Shown here piece by piece: positions 1 to 15,000 of a stretch of DNA of 64,000 nucleotides (within the stretch, counting starts at the first letter, position 1; every line of letters begins with the position of its first letter). The stretch lies in NCBI GenBank assembly GCA_040954595.2, contig CM082598.2:6339097-6403096 (forward strand), written 5' to 3'. The position numbers and the translations under genes were made by a program. This stretch comes from Balanoglossus misakiensis (lineage: Eukaryota > Animalia > Hemichordata). Under the pieces are notes generated by a model, which had not been told where the DNA came from, ran no database searches, and worked only from the letters and a program-made list of their open reading frames with translations.

Positions 1-3000
1 AAAAATGACAATTTTTCGACTTTGCGAATTTTAAATATTTATCAATTTTTTGATAAAATTCATGGGTTATAGCTTATGAAAATCACCCAAAAATGACAAT
101 TTTTCGACTTTGCGAAATTTCAACATTTATCCATTTATTGATAAAAATCATGGGTTATAGCTCATGAAAATCATCCAAAAATGACAATTTTTTCGACTTT
201 GCGAAATTTCAATATTTATCCATTTTTTGATAAAAATCATGGGTTATATATATATGAAAATTACACAAAAATGACAATTTTTGGACTTTGCGAAATTTCA
301 ATATTTATCCATTTTTTGATAAAAATCATGGGTTATAGCTCACGAAAATCATTCAAAAATGACAATTTTTCGACTTTGCGAATTTTAAATATTTATCCAT
401 TTTTTGATAAAAATCATCGGTTATAGCTCATGAAAATCACCCAAAAATGACAATTTTTCGACTTTGCGAATTTTCAATATTTATCCATTTTTTGATAAAA
501 ATCATGGGTTATAGCTCATGAAAATCACCCAAAAATGACAATTTTTTGACTTTGCGAAATTTCAATATTTATCCATTTTTTGATAAAAATCATGGGTTAT
601 AGCTCATGAAAATAACCCAAAAATGACCATTTTTCGACATAGCGAAATGACAATTTTTGGACTTTGCGAAATTTCAATATTTATCCATTTTTTGATAAAA
701 ATCATGGGTTATAGCTCACGAAAATCATTCAAAAATGACAATTTTTCGACTTTGCGAATTTTTAATATTTATCCATTTTTTGATAAAAATCATCGGTTAT
801 AGCTCATGAAAATCACCCAAAAATGACAATTTTTCGACTTTGCGAATTTTCAATATTTATCCATTTTTTGATAAAAATCATGGGTTATAGCTCATGAAAA
901 TCACCCAAAAATGACAATTTTTTGACTTTGCGAAATTTCAATATTTATCCATTTTTTGATAAAAATCATGGGTTATAGCTCATGAAAATCACCCAAAAAT
1001 GAAAATTTTTCGACTTTGCGAAATTTCAATATTTATCCATTTTTTGATAAAAACCATGGGTTATAGCTCATGAAAATCACCCAAAAATGACAATTTTTTG
1101 ACTTTGCAAAATTTCAATATTTATACATTTTTTGATAAAAATCATGGGTTATATATATATATGAAAATCACACAAAAATGACAATTTTTCGACTTTGCGA
1201 ATTTTCAATATTTATCCATTTTTTGATAAAAATCATGGGTTATAGCTCATGAAAATCACACAAAAATGACAATTTTTCGACTTTGCGAAATTTCAATATT
1301 TATCCATTTTTTGATAAAAATCATGGGTTATATATATATGAAAATTACACAAAAATGACAATTTTTTGACTTTGCGAAATTTCAACATTTATCCATTTAT
1401 TGATAAAAATCATGGGTTATAGCTCATGAAAATCACCCAAAAATGAAAATTTTTCGACTTTGCGAAATTTCAATATTTATCCATTTTTTGATAAAAATCA
1501 TGGGTTATAGCTCACGAAAATCATTCAAAAATGACAATTTTTCGACTTTGCGAATTTTAAATATTTATCCATTTTTTGATAAAAATCATGGGTTATAGCT
1601 CATGAAAATCATCCAAAAATGACAATTCTTCGACTTTGCGAAATTTCAATATTTATCCATTTTTTGATAAAAACCATGGGTTATAGCTCATGAAAATCAC
1701 ACAAAAATGACAATTTTTTGACTTTGCAAAATTTCAATATTTATACATTTTTTGATAAAAATCATGGGTTATATATATATATGAAAATCACACAAAAATG
1801 ACAATTTTTCGACTTTGCGAATTTTCAATATTTATCCATTTTTTGATAAAAATCATGGGTTATAGCTCATGAAAATCACACAAAAATGACAATTTTTCGA
1901 CTTTGCGAAATTTCAATATTTATCCATTTTTTGATAAAAATCATGGGTTATATATATATGAAAATTACACAAAAATGACAATTTTTTGACTTTGCGAAAT
2001 TTCAACATTTATCCATTTATTGATAAAAATCATGGGTTATAGCTCATGAAAATCACCCAAAAATGAAAATTTTTCGACTTTGCGAAATTTCAATATTTAT
2101 CCATTTTTTGATAAAAATCATGGGTTATAGCTCACGAAAATCATTCAAAAATGACAATTTTTCGACTTTGCGAATTTTAAATATTTATCCATTTTTTGAT
2201 AAAAATCATGGGTTATAGCTCATGAAAATCATCCAAAAATGACAATTCTTCGACTTTGCGAAATTTCAATATTTATCCATTTTTTGATAAAAACCATGGG
2301 TTATAGCTCATGAAAATCACACAAAAATGACAATTTTTTGACTTTGCAAAATTTCAATATTTATACATTTTTTGATAAAAATCATGGGTTATATATATAT
2401 ATGAAAATCACACAAAAATGACAATTTTTCGACTTTGCGAATTTTCAATATTTATCCATTTTTTGATAAAAATCATGGGTTATAGCTCATGAAAATCACC
2501 CAAAAATGAAAATTTTTCGACTTTTCGAAATTTCAATGTTTATCCATTTTTTCATAAAAATCATGGGTTATAGCTCATGAAAATCACCCAAAAATGACAA
2601 TTTTTCGACTTTGCGGAATTTCAATATTTATCCATTTTTTGATAAAAATCATGGGTTATATATATATGAAAATTACACAAAAATGACAATTTTTCGACTT
2701 TGCGAATTTTCAATATTTATCCATTTTTTGATAAAAATCATGGGTTATAGCTCATGAAAATCACCCAAAAATGAAAATTTTTCGACTTTTCGAAATTTCA
2801 ATGTTTATCCATTTTTTCATAAAAATCATGGGTTATAGCTCATGAAAATCACCCAAAAATGACAATTTTTCGACTTTGCGGAATTTCAATATTTATCCAT
2901 TTTTTGATAAAAATCATGGGTTATATATATATGAAAATTACACAAAAATGACAATTTTTCGACTTTGCGAATTTTCAAAATTTCTTCATTTTTTGAAAAA

Positions 3001-6000
3001 ATCATCAGTTATAGCTCATGAAAATCATCCAAAAATGACAATTATTCGACTTTGCGAAATTTCAATATTTATCCATTTTTTGATAAAAATCATCGGTTAT
3101 AGCTCATGAAAATCATCCAAAAATGACAATTTTTCGACTTTGCGAAATTTCAATATTTATCCATTTTTTGATAAAAATTATGGGTTATAGCTCATGAAAA
3201 TCATCCAAAAATGACAATTTTTCGACTTTGCGAAATTTCAATATTTATCCATTTTTTGATAAAAATCATGGGTTATAGCTCACGAAAATCACCCAAAAAT
3301 GACAATTTTTCGACTTTGCGAAATTTCAATATTTATCCATTTTTTGATGAAAATCATGGGTTATAGCTCATGAAAATCACCCAAAAATGACAATTTTTCG
3401 ACTTTGCGAAATTTCAATATTTATCCATTTTTTGATAAAAATCATGGGTTATAGCTCATGAAAATCATTCAAAAATGACAATTTTTCGACTTTGCGAATT
3501 TTAAATATTTATCCATTTTTTGATAAAAATCATGGGTTATATATATATATGAAAATCACACAAAAATGACAATTTTTCGACTTTGCGAATTTTCAATATT
3601 TATCCATTTTTTGATAAAAATCATGGGTTATAGCTCATGAAAATAACCCAAAAATGACAATTTTTCGACTTTTCGAAATTTCAATGTTTATCCATTTTTT
3701 GATAAAAATCATGGGTTATAGCTCATGAAAATCACCCAAAAATGACAATTTTTCGACTTTGCGAATTTTCAAAATTTCTTCATTTTTTGAAAAAATCATC
3801 AGTTATAGCTCATGAAAATCATCCAAAAATGACAATTATTCGACTTTGCGAAATTTCAATATTTATCCATTTTTTGATAAAAATCATCGGTTATAGCTCA
3901 TGAAAATCATCCAAAAATGACAATTTTTCGACTTTGCGAAATTTCAATATTTATCCATTTTTTGAAAAAATCATCAGTTATAGCTCATGAAAATCATCCA
4001 AAAATGACAATTTTTCGACTTTGCGAAATTTCAACATTTATCCATTTATTGATAAAAATCATGGGTTATAGCTCATGAAAATCATCCAAAAATGACAATT
4101 TTTTCGACTTTGCGAAATTTCAATAGTTATCCATTTTTTTGATGAAAATCATGGGTTATAGCTCATGAAAATCACCCAAAAATGACAATATTTCGACTTC
4201 GCGAAATTTCAATATTTATCCATTTTTTGATAAAAATCATGGGTTATAGCTCATGAAAATCACCCAAAAATGACAATTTTTCAACTTCGCGAAATTTCAA
4301 TATTTATCCATTTTTTGATAAAAATCATGGGTTATAGCTCATGAAAATAACCCAAAAATGACAATTTTTCGACTTCGCGAAATTTCAATATTTATCCATT
4401 TTTTGATAAAAACCATGGGTTATAGCTCATGAAAATCACCCAAAAATGACAATTTTTTGACTTTGCAAAATTTCAATATTTATACATTTTTTTATAAAAA
4501 TCATGGGTTATATATATATATGAAAATCACACAAAAATGACAATTTTTCGACTTTGCGAATTTTCAATATTTATCCATTTTTTGATAAAAATCATGGGTT
4601 ATAGCTCATGAAAATCACCCAAAAATGAAAAATTTTCGACTTTTCGAAATTTCAATGTTTATCCATTTTTTGATAAAAATCATGGGTTATAGCTCATGAA
4701 AATCACCCAAAAATGACAATTTTTCGACTTTGCGGAATTTCAATATTTATCCATTTTTTGATAAAAATCATGGGTTATATATATATGAAAATTACACAAA
4801 AATGACAATTTTTCGACTTTGCGAATTTTCAAAATTTCTTCATTTTTTGAAAAAATCATCAGTTATAGCTCATGAAAATCATCCAAAAATGACAATTTTT
4901 CGACTTTGCGAAATTTCAACATTTATCCATTTATTGATAAAAATCATGGGTTATAGCTCATGAAAATCATCCAAAAATGACAATTTTTTCGACTTTGCGA
5001 AATTTCAATAGTTATCCATTTTTTGATGAAAATCATGGGTTATAGCTCATGAAAATCACCCAAAAATGACAATTTTTCGACTTCGCGAAATTTCAATATT
5101 TATCCATTTTTTGATAAAAATCATGGGTTATAGCTCATGAAAATCACCCAAAAATGACAATTTTTTGACATTGCGAAATTTCAATAGTTATCCATTTTTT
5201 GATAAAAATCATGGGTTATAGCTCATGAAAATCACCCAAAAATGACAATTTTTCGACTTTGCGAAATTTCAATAGTTATCCATTTTTTGATAAAAATCAT
5301 GGGTTATAGCTCATGAAAATCACCCAAAAATGACAATTTTTCGACTTTGCGAATTTTAAATATTGATCCATTTTTTGATAAAAATCATGGGTTATAGCTC
5401 ATGAAAATCACCCAAAAATGACAATTTTTCGACTTCGCGAAATTTCAATATTTATCCATTTTTTGATAAAAACCATGGGTTATAGCTCATGAAAATCACC
5501 CAAAAATGACAATTTTTTGACTTTGCAAAATTTCAATATTTATACATTTTTTTATAAAAATCATGGGTTATATATATATATGAAAATCACACAAAAATGA
5601 CAATTTTTCGACTTTGCGAATTTTCAATATTTATCCATTTTTTGATAAAAATCATGGGTTATAGCTCATGAAAATCACCCAAAAATGAAAAATTTTCGAC
5701 TTTTCGAAATTTCAATGTTTATCCATTTTTTGATAAAAATCATGGGTTATAGCTCATGAAAATCACCCAAAAATGACAATTTTTCGACTTTGCGGAATTT
5801 CAATATTTATCCATTTTTTGATAAAAATCATGGGTTATATATATATGAAAATTACACAAAAATGACAATTTTTCGACTTTGCGAATTTTCAAAATTTCTT
5901 CATTTTTTGAAAAAATCATCAGTTATAGCTCATGAAAATCATCCAAAAATGACAATTTTTCGACTTTGCGAAATTTCAACATTTATCCATTTATTGATAA

Positions 6001-9000
6001 AAATCATGGGTTATAGCTCATGAAAATCATCCAAAAATGACAATTTTTTCGAATTTGCGAAATTTCAATAGTTATCCATTTTTTGATGAAAATCATGGGT
6101 TATAGCTCATGAAAATCACCCAAAAATGACAATTTTTCGACTTCGCGAAATTTCAATATTTATCCATTTTTTGATAAAAATCATGGGTTATAGCTCATGA
6201 AAATCACCCAAAAATGACAATTTTTTGACATTGCGAAATTTCAATAGTTATCCATTTTTTGATAAAAATCATGGGTTATAGCTCATGAAAATCACCCAAA
6301 AATGACAATTTTTCGACTTTGCGAAATTTCAATAGTTATCCATTTTTTGATAAAAATCATGGGTTATAGCTCATGAAAATCACCCAAAAATGACAATTTT
6401 TCGACTTTGCGAATTTTAGATATTGATCCATTTTTTGATAAAAATCATGGGTTATAGCTCATGAAAATCACCCAAAAATGACAATTTTTAGACTTTGCGA
6501 ATTTTAAATATTGATCCATTTTTTGTAAAAAATCATGGGTTATAGCTCATGAAAATCACCCAAAAATGACAATTTTTTTCGACTTTGCGAAATTTCAATG
6601 TTTATCCATTTTTTGATAAAAATCGTGGGTTATAACTCATGAAAATCACCCAAAAATGACAATTTTTTCGACTTTGCGAAATTTCAATATTTATCCATTT
6701 TTTGATAAAAATCATCGGTTATAGCTCATGAAAATCATCCAAAAATTACAATTTTTCGACTTTGCGAAATTTCAACATTTATCCATTTATTGATAAAAAT
6801 CATGGGTTATAGCTCATGAAAATCATCCAAAAATGACAATTTTTTCGACTTTGCGAAATTTCAATAGTTATCCATTTTTTGATGAAAATCATGGGTTATA
6901 GCTCATGAAAATCACCCAAAAATGACAATTTTTTGACATTGCGAAATTTCAATAGTTATCCATTTTTTGATAAAAATCATGGGTTATAGCTCATGAAAAT
7001 CACCCAAAAATGACAATTTTTCGACTTTGCGAAATTTCAATAGTTATCCATTTTTTGATAAAAATCATGGGTTATAGCTCATGAAAATCACCCAAAAATG
7101 ACAATTTTTCGACTTTGCGAATTTTAAATATTGATCCATTTTTTGATAAAAATCATGGGTTATAGCTCATGAAAATCACCCAAAAATGACAATTTTTAGA
7201 CTTTGCGAATTTTAAATATTGATCCATTTTTTGTAAAAAATCATGGGTTATAGCTCATGAAAATCACCCAAAAATGACAATTTTTTTCGACTTTGCGAAA
7301 TTTCAATGTTTATCCATTTTTTGATAAAAATCGTGGGTTATAACTCATGAAAATCACCCAAAAATGACAATTTTTTCGACTTTGCGAAATTTCAATATTT
7401 ATCCATTTTTTGATAAAAATCATCGGTTATAGCTCATGAAAATCATCCAAAAATTACAATTTTTCGACTTTGCGAAATTTCAACATTTATCCATTTATTG
7501 ATAAAAATCATGGGTTATAGCTCATGAAAATCATCCAAAAATGACAATTTTTTCGACTTTGCGAAATTTCAATAGTTATCCATTTTTTGATGAAAATCAT
7601 GGGTTATAGCTCATGAAAATCACCCAAAAATGACAATTTTTCGACTTCGCGAAATTTCAATATTTATCCATTTTTTGATAAAAATCATGGGTTATAGCTC
7701 ATGAAAATCACCCAAAAATGACAATTTTTTGACATTGCGAAATTTCAATAGTTATCCATTTTTTGATAAAAATCATGGGTTATAGCTCATGAAAATTACC
7801 CAAAAATGACAATTTTTCGACTTTGCGAAATTTCAATAGTTATCCATTTTTTGATAAAAATCATGGGTTATAGCTCATGAAAATCACCCAAAAATGACAA
7901 TTTTTCGACTTTGCGAATTTTAAATATTGATCCATTTTTTGATAAAAATCATGGGTTATAGCTCATGAAAATCACCCAAAAATGACAATTTTTAGACTTT
8001 GCGAATTTTAAATATTGATCCATTTTTTGATAAAAATCATGGGTTATAGCTCATGAAAATCACCCAAAAATGACAATTTTTTTCGACTTTGCGAAATTTC
8101 AATGTTTATCCATTTTTTGATAAAAATCGTGGGTTATAACTCATGAAAATCACCCAAAAATGAAATTTTTTTCGACTTTGCGAAATTTCAATATTTATCC
8201 ATTTTTTGATAAAAATCATCGGTTATAGCTCATGAAAATCATCCAAAAATGACAATTTTTCGACTTTGCGAAATTTCAATATTTATCCATTTTTTGATAA
8301 AAATTATAGGTTATAGCTCATGAAAATCATCCAAAAATGACAATTTTTCGACTTTGCGAAATTTCAATATTTATCCATGTTTTGATAAAAATCATGGGTT
8401 ATAGCTCACGAAAATCACCCAAAAATGAAAATTTTTCGACTTTGCGAAATTTCAATATTTATCCATTTTTTGATGAAAATCATGGGTTATAGCTCATGAA
8501 AATCACCCAAAATGACAAATTTTCGACTTTGCGAAATTTCAATATTTATCCATTTTTTGATAAAAATCATGGGTTATAGCTCACGAAAATCATTCAAAAA
8601 TGACAATTTTTCGACTTTGCGAATTTTAAATATTTATCCATTTTTTGATAAAAAATCATGGGTTTTAGCTCATGAAAATCATCCAAAAATGACAATTTTT
8701 CGACTTTGCGAAATTTCAATATTTATCCATTTTTTGATAAAAACCATGGGTTATAGCTCATGAAAATCACCCAAAAATGACAATTTTTTGACTTTGCGGA
8801 ATTTCAATATTTATCCATTTTTTGATAAAAATCATGGGTTATATATATATGAAAATTACACGAAAATGACAATTTTTCGACTTTGCGAATTTTAAAAATT
8901 TCTTCATTTTTTGAAAAAATCATCAGTTATAGCTCATGAAAATCATCCAAAAATGACAATTATTCGACTTTGCGAAATTTCAATATGTATCCATTTTTTG

Positions 9001-12000
9001 ATAAAAATCATGGGTTATAGCTCACGAAAATCACCCAAAAATGACAATTTTTCGACTTTGCGAAATTTCAATATTTATCCATTTTTTGATGAAAATCATG
9101 GGTTATAGCTCATGAAAATCAACCAAAAATGACAATTTTTCGACTTTGCGAAATGTCAATATTTATCCATTTTTTGATAAAAATCATGGGTTATAGCTCA
9201 CGAAAATCATTCAAAAATGACAATTTTTCGACTTTGCGAATTTTAAATATTTATCCATTTTTTGATAAAAATCATGGGTTCTAGCTCATGAAAATCATCC
9301 AAAAATGACAATTCTTCGACTTTGCGAAATTTCAATATTTATCCATTTTTTGATAAAAATCATGGGTTATAGCTCATGAAAATCATTCAAAAATGACAAT
9401 TTTTTGACTTTGCGGAATTTCAATATTTATCCATTTTTTGATAAAAATCATGGGTTATATATATATGAAAATTACACGAAAATGACAATTTTTCGACTTT
9501 GCGAATTTTCAAAATTTCTTCATTTTTTGAAAAAATCATCAGTTATAGCTCATGAAAATCAACCAAAAATGACAATTTTTCGACTTTGCGAAATTTCAAT
9601 ATTTATCCATTTTTTGATAAAAATCATGGGTTATAGCTCACGAAAATCATTCAAAAATGACAATTTTTCGACTTTGCGAATTTTAAATATTTATCCATTT
9701 TTTGATAAAAATCATGGGTTCTAGCTCATGAAAATCATCCAAAAATGACAATTCTTCGACTTTGCGAAATTTCAATATTTATCCATTTTTTGATAAAAAC
9801 CATGGGTTATAGCTCATGAAAATCACCCAAAAATGACAATTTTTTGACTTTGCAAAATTTCAATATTTATACATTTTTTGATAAAAATCATGGGTTATAT
9901 ATATATATGAAAATCACACAAAAATGACAATTTTTCGACTTTGCGAATTTTCAATATTTATCCATTTTTTGATAAAAATCATGGGTTATAGCTCATGAAA
10001 ATCACACAAAAATGACAATTTTTCGACTTTGCGAATTTTCAATATTTATCCATTTTTTGATAAAAACCATGGGTTATAGCTCATGAAAATCACCCAAAAA
10101 TGACAATTTTTCGACTTTGCGAATTTTAAATATTTATCAATTTTTTGATAAAATTCATGGGTTATAGCTTATGAAAATCACCCAAATATGACAATTTTTC
10201 GACTTTGCGAAATTTCAACATTTATCCATTTATTGATAAAAATCATGGGTTATAGCTCATGAAAATCATCCAAAAATGACAATTTTTTCGACTTTGCGAA
10301 ATTTCAATATTTATCCATTTTTTGATAAAAATCATGGGTTATATATATATGAAAATTACACAAAAATGACAATTTTTTGACTTTGCGAAATTTCAATATT
10401 TATCCATTTTTTTGATAAAAATCATGGGTTATAGCTCATGAAAATCACCCAAAAATGAAAATTTTTCGACTTTTCGAAATTTCAAATATTTATCCATTTT
10501 TTGATAAAAATCATGGGTTATAGCTCATGAACATCACCCAAAAATGACAATTTTTCGACTTTGCGGAATTTCAATATTTATTAATTTTTTGATAAAAATC
10601 ATGGGTTATATATATATGAAAATTACACAAAAATGACAATTTTTCGACTTTGCGAATTTCCAAAATTTCTTCATTTTTTGAAAAAATCATCAGTTATAGC
10701 TCATGAAAATCATCCAAAAATGACAATTTTTCGACTTTGCGAAATTTCAATATTTATCCATTTTTTGATAAAAATCATGGGTTATAGCTCATGAAAATCA
10801 CCCAAAAATGACAATTTTTTGACTTGCGAAATTTCAATATTTATCCATTTTTTGATAAAAATCATGGGTTATAGCTCATGAAAATAACCCAAAAATGACC
10901 ATTTTTCGACATAGCGAAATGACAATTTTTGGACTTTGCGAAATTTCAATATTTATCCATTTTTTGATAAAAATCATGGGTTATAGCTCACGAAAATCAT
11001 TCAAAAATGACAATTTTTCGACTTTGCGAATTTTAAATATTTATCCATTTTTTGATAAAAATCATCGGTTATAGCTCATGAAAATCACCCAAAAATGACA
11101 ATTTTTCGACTTTGCGAATTTTCAATATTTATCCATTTTTTGATAAAAATCATGGGTTATAGCTCATGAAAATCACCCAAAAATGACAATTTTTTGACTT
11201 TGCGAAATTTCAATATTTATCCATTTTTTGATAAAAATCATGGGTTATAGCTCATGAAAATAACCCAAAAATGACCATTTTTCGACATAGCGAAATGACA
11301 ATTTTTGGACTTTGCGAAATTTCAATATTTATCCATTTTTTGATAAAAATCATGGGTTATAGCTCACGAAAATCATTCAAAAATGACAATTTTTCGACTT
11401 TGCGAATTTTAAATATTTATCCATTTTTTGATAAAAATCATCGGTTATAGCTCATGAAAATCACCCAAAAATGACAATTTTTCGACTTTGCGAATTTTCA
11501 ATATTTATCCATTTTTTGATAAAAATCATGGGTTATAGCTCATGAAAATCACCCAAAAATGACAATTTTTTGACTTTGCGAAATTTCAATATTTATCCAT
11601 TTTTTGATAAAAATCATGGGTTATAGCTCATGAAAATCACCCAAAAATGAAAATTTTTCGACTTTGCGAAATTTCAATATTTATCCATTTTTTGATAAAA
11701 ACCATGGGTTATAGCTCATGAAAATCACCCAAAAATGACAATTTTTTGACTTTGCAAAATTTCAATATTTATACATTTTTTGATAAAAATCATGGGTTAT
11801 ATATATATATGAAAATCACACAAAAATGACAATTTTTCGACTTTGCGAATTTTCAATATTTATCCATTTTTTGATAAAAATCATGGGTTATAGCTCATGA
11901 AAATCACACAAAAATGACAATTTTTCGACTTTGCGAAATTTCAATATTTATCCATTTTTTGATAAAAATCATGGGTTATATATATATGAAAATTACACAA

Positions 12001-15000
12001 AAATGACAATTTTTTGACTTTGCGAAATTTCAACATTTATCCATTTATTGATAAAAATCATGGGTTATAGCTCATGAAAATCACCCAAAAATGAAAATTT
12101 TTCGACTTTTCGAAATTTCAAATATTTATCCATTTTTTGATAAAAATCATGGGTTATAGCTCATGAACATCACCCAAAAATGACAATTTTTCGACTTTGC
12201 GGAATTTCAATATTTATTAATTTTTTGATAAAAATCATGGGTTATATATATATGAAAATTACACAAAAATGACAATTTTTCGACTTTGCGAATTTTCAAA
12301 ATTTCTTCATTTTTTGAAAAAATCATCAGTTATAGCTCATGAAAATCATCCAAAAATGACAATTTTTCGACTTTGCGAAATTTCAATATTTATCCATTTT
12401 TTGATAAAAATCATGGGTTATAGCTCATGAAAATCACCCAAAAATGACAATTTTTTGACTTGGCGAAATTTCAACATTTATCCATTTATTGATAAAATTC
12501 ATGGGTTATAGCTTATGAAAATCACCCAAAAATGACAATTTTTCGACTTTGCGAAATTTCAACATTTATCCATTTATTGATAAAAATCATGGGTTATAGC
12601 TCATGAAAATCATCCAAAAATGACAATTTTTTCGACTTTGCGAAATTTCAATATTTATCCATTTTTTGATAAAAATCATGGGTTATATATATATGAAAAT
12701 TACACAAAAATGACAATTTTTCGACTTTGCGAATTTTCAAAATTTCTTCATTTTTTGAAAAAATCATCAGTTATAGCTCATGAAAATCATCCAAAAATGA
12801 CAATTTTTCGACTTTGCGAAATTTCAATATTTATCGATTTTTTGATAAAAATCATGGGTTATAGCTCATGAAAATAACCCAAAAATGACCATTTTTCGAC
12901 TTAGCGAAATGACAATTTTTCGACTTTGCGAATTTTAAATATTTATCCATTTTTTGATAAAAATCATCGGTTATAGCTCATGAAAATCACCCAAAAATGA
13001 CAATTTTTCGACTTTGCGAATTTTCAATATTTATCCATTTTTTGATAAAAATCATGGGTTATATATATATGAAAATTACACAAAAATGACAATTTTTTGA
13101 CTTTGCGAAATTTCAATATTTATCCATTTTTTTGATAAAAATCATGGGTTATAGCTCATGAAAATCACCCAAAAATGAAAATTTTTCGACTTTTCGAAAT
13201 TTCAAATATTTATCCATTTTTTGATAAAAATCATGGGTTATAGCTCATGAACATCACCCAAAAATGACAATTTTTCGACTTTGCGGAATTTCAATATTTA
13301 TTAATTTTTTGATAAAAATCATGGGTTATATATATATGAAAATTACACAAAAATGAAAATTTTTCGACTTTGCGAAATTTCAATATTTATCCATTTTTTG
13401 ATAAAAATCATGGGTTATAGCTCATGAAAATCACCCAAAAATGACAATTTTTTGACTTGCGAAATTTCAATATTTATCCATTTTTTGATAAAAATCATGG
13501 GTTATAGCTCATGAAAATAACCCAAAAATGACCATTTTTCGACTTAGCGAAATGACAATTTTTAGACTTTGCGAAATTTCAATATTTATCCATTTTTTGA
13601 TAAAAATCATCGGTTATAGCTCATGAAAATCACCCAAAAATGACAATTTTTCGACTTTGCGAATTTTCAATATTTATCCATTTTTTGATAAAAATCATGG
13701 GTTATAGCTCATGAAAATCACCCAAAAATGACAATTTTTTGACTTTGCGAAATTTCAATATTTATCCATTTTTTGATAAAAATCATGGGTTATAGGCTCA
13801 TGAAAATCACCCAAAAATGACAATTTTTTGACTTTGCGAAATTTCAATATTTATCCATTTTTTGATAAAAATCATGGGTTATAGCTCATGAAAATCACCC
13901 AAAAATGAAAATTTTTCGACTTTGCGAAATTTCAATATTTATCCATTTTTTGATAAAATCATGGGTTATAGCTCACGAAAATCATCCAAAAATGACAATT
14001 TTTCGACTTTGCGGAATTTCAATATTTATCCATTTTTTTGATAAAAATCATGGGTTATACATATATGAAAATTACACAAAAATGACAATTTTTCGACTTT
14101 GCGAATTTTCAAAATTTCTTCATTTTTTGAAAAAATCATCAGTTATAGCTCATGAAAATCATCCAAAAATGACAATTTTTCGACTTTGCGAAATTTCAAT
14201 ATTTATCCATTTTTTGATAAAAATCATGGGTTATAGCTCATGAAAATCACCCAAAAATGACAATTTTTTGACTTGCGAAATTTCAATATTTATCAATTTT
14301 TTGATAAAAATCATGGGTTATAGCTCATGAAAATAACCCAAAAATGAAAATTTTTCGACTTTGCGGAATTTCAATATTTATCCATTTTTTTGATAAAAAT
14401 CATGGGTTATACATATATGAAAATTACACAAAAATGACAATTTTTCGACTTTGCGAATTTTCAAAATTTCTTCATTTTTTGAAAAAATCATCAGTTATAG
14501 CTCATGAAAATCATCCAAAAATGACAATTTTTCGACTTTGCGAAATTTCAATATTTATCCATTTTTTGATAAAAATCATGGGTTATAGCTCATGAAAATC
14601 ACCCAAAAATGACAATTTTTTGACTTGCGAAATTTCAATATTTATCAATTTTTTGATAAAAATCATGGGTTATAGCTCATGAAAATAACCCAAAAATGAC
14701 CATTTTTCGACTTAGCGAAATGACAATTTTTAGACTTTGCGAAATTTCAATATTTATCCATTTTTTGATAAAAATCATCGGTTATAGCTCATGAAAATCA
14801 CCCAAAAATGACAATTTTTCGACTTTGCGAATTTTCAATATTTATCCATTTTTTGATAAAAATCATGGGTTATAGCTCATGAAAATCACCCAAAAATGAC
14901 AATTTTTTGACTTTGCGAAATTTCAATATTTATCCATTTTTTGATAAAAATCATGGGTTATAGGCTCATGAAAATCACCCAAAAATGACAATTTTTTGAC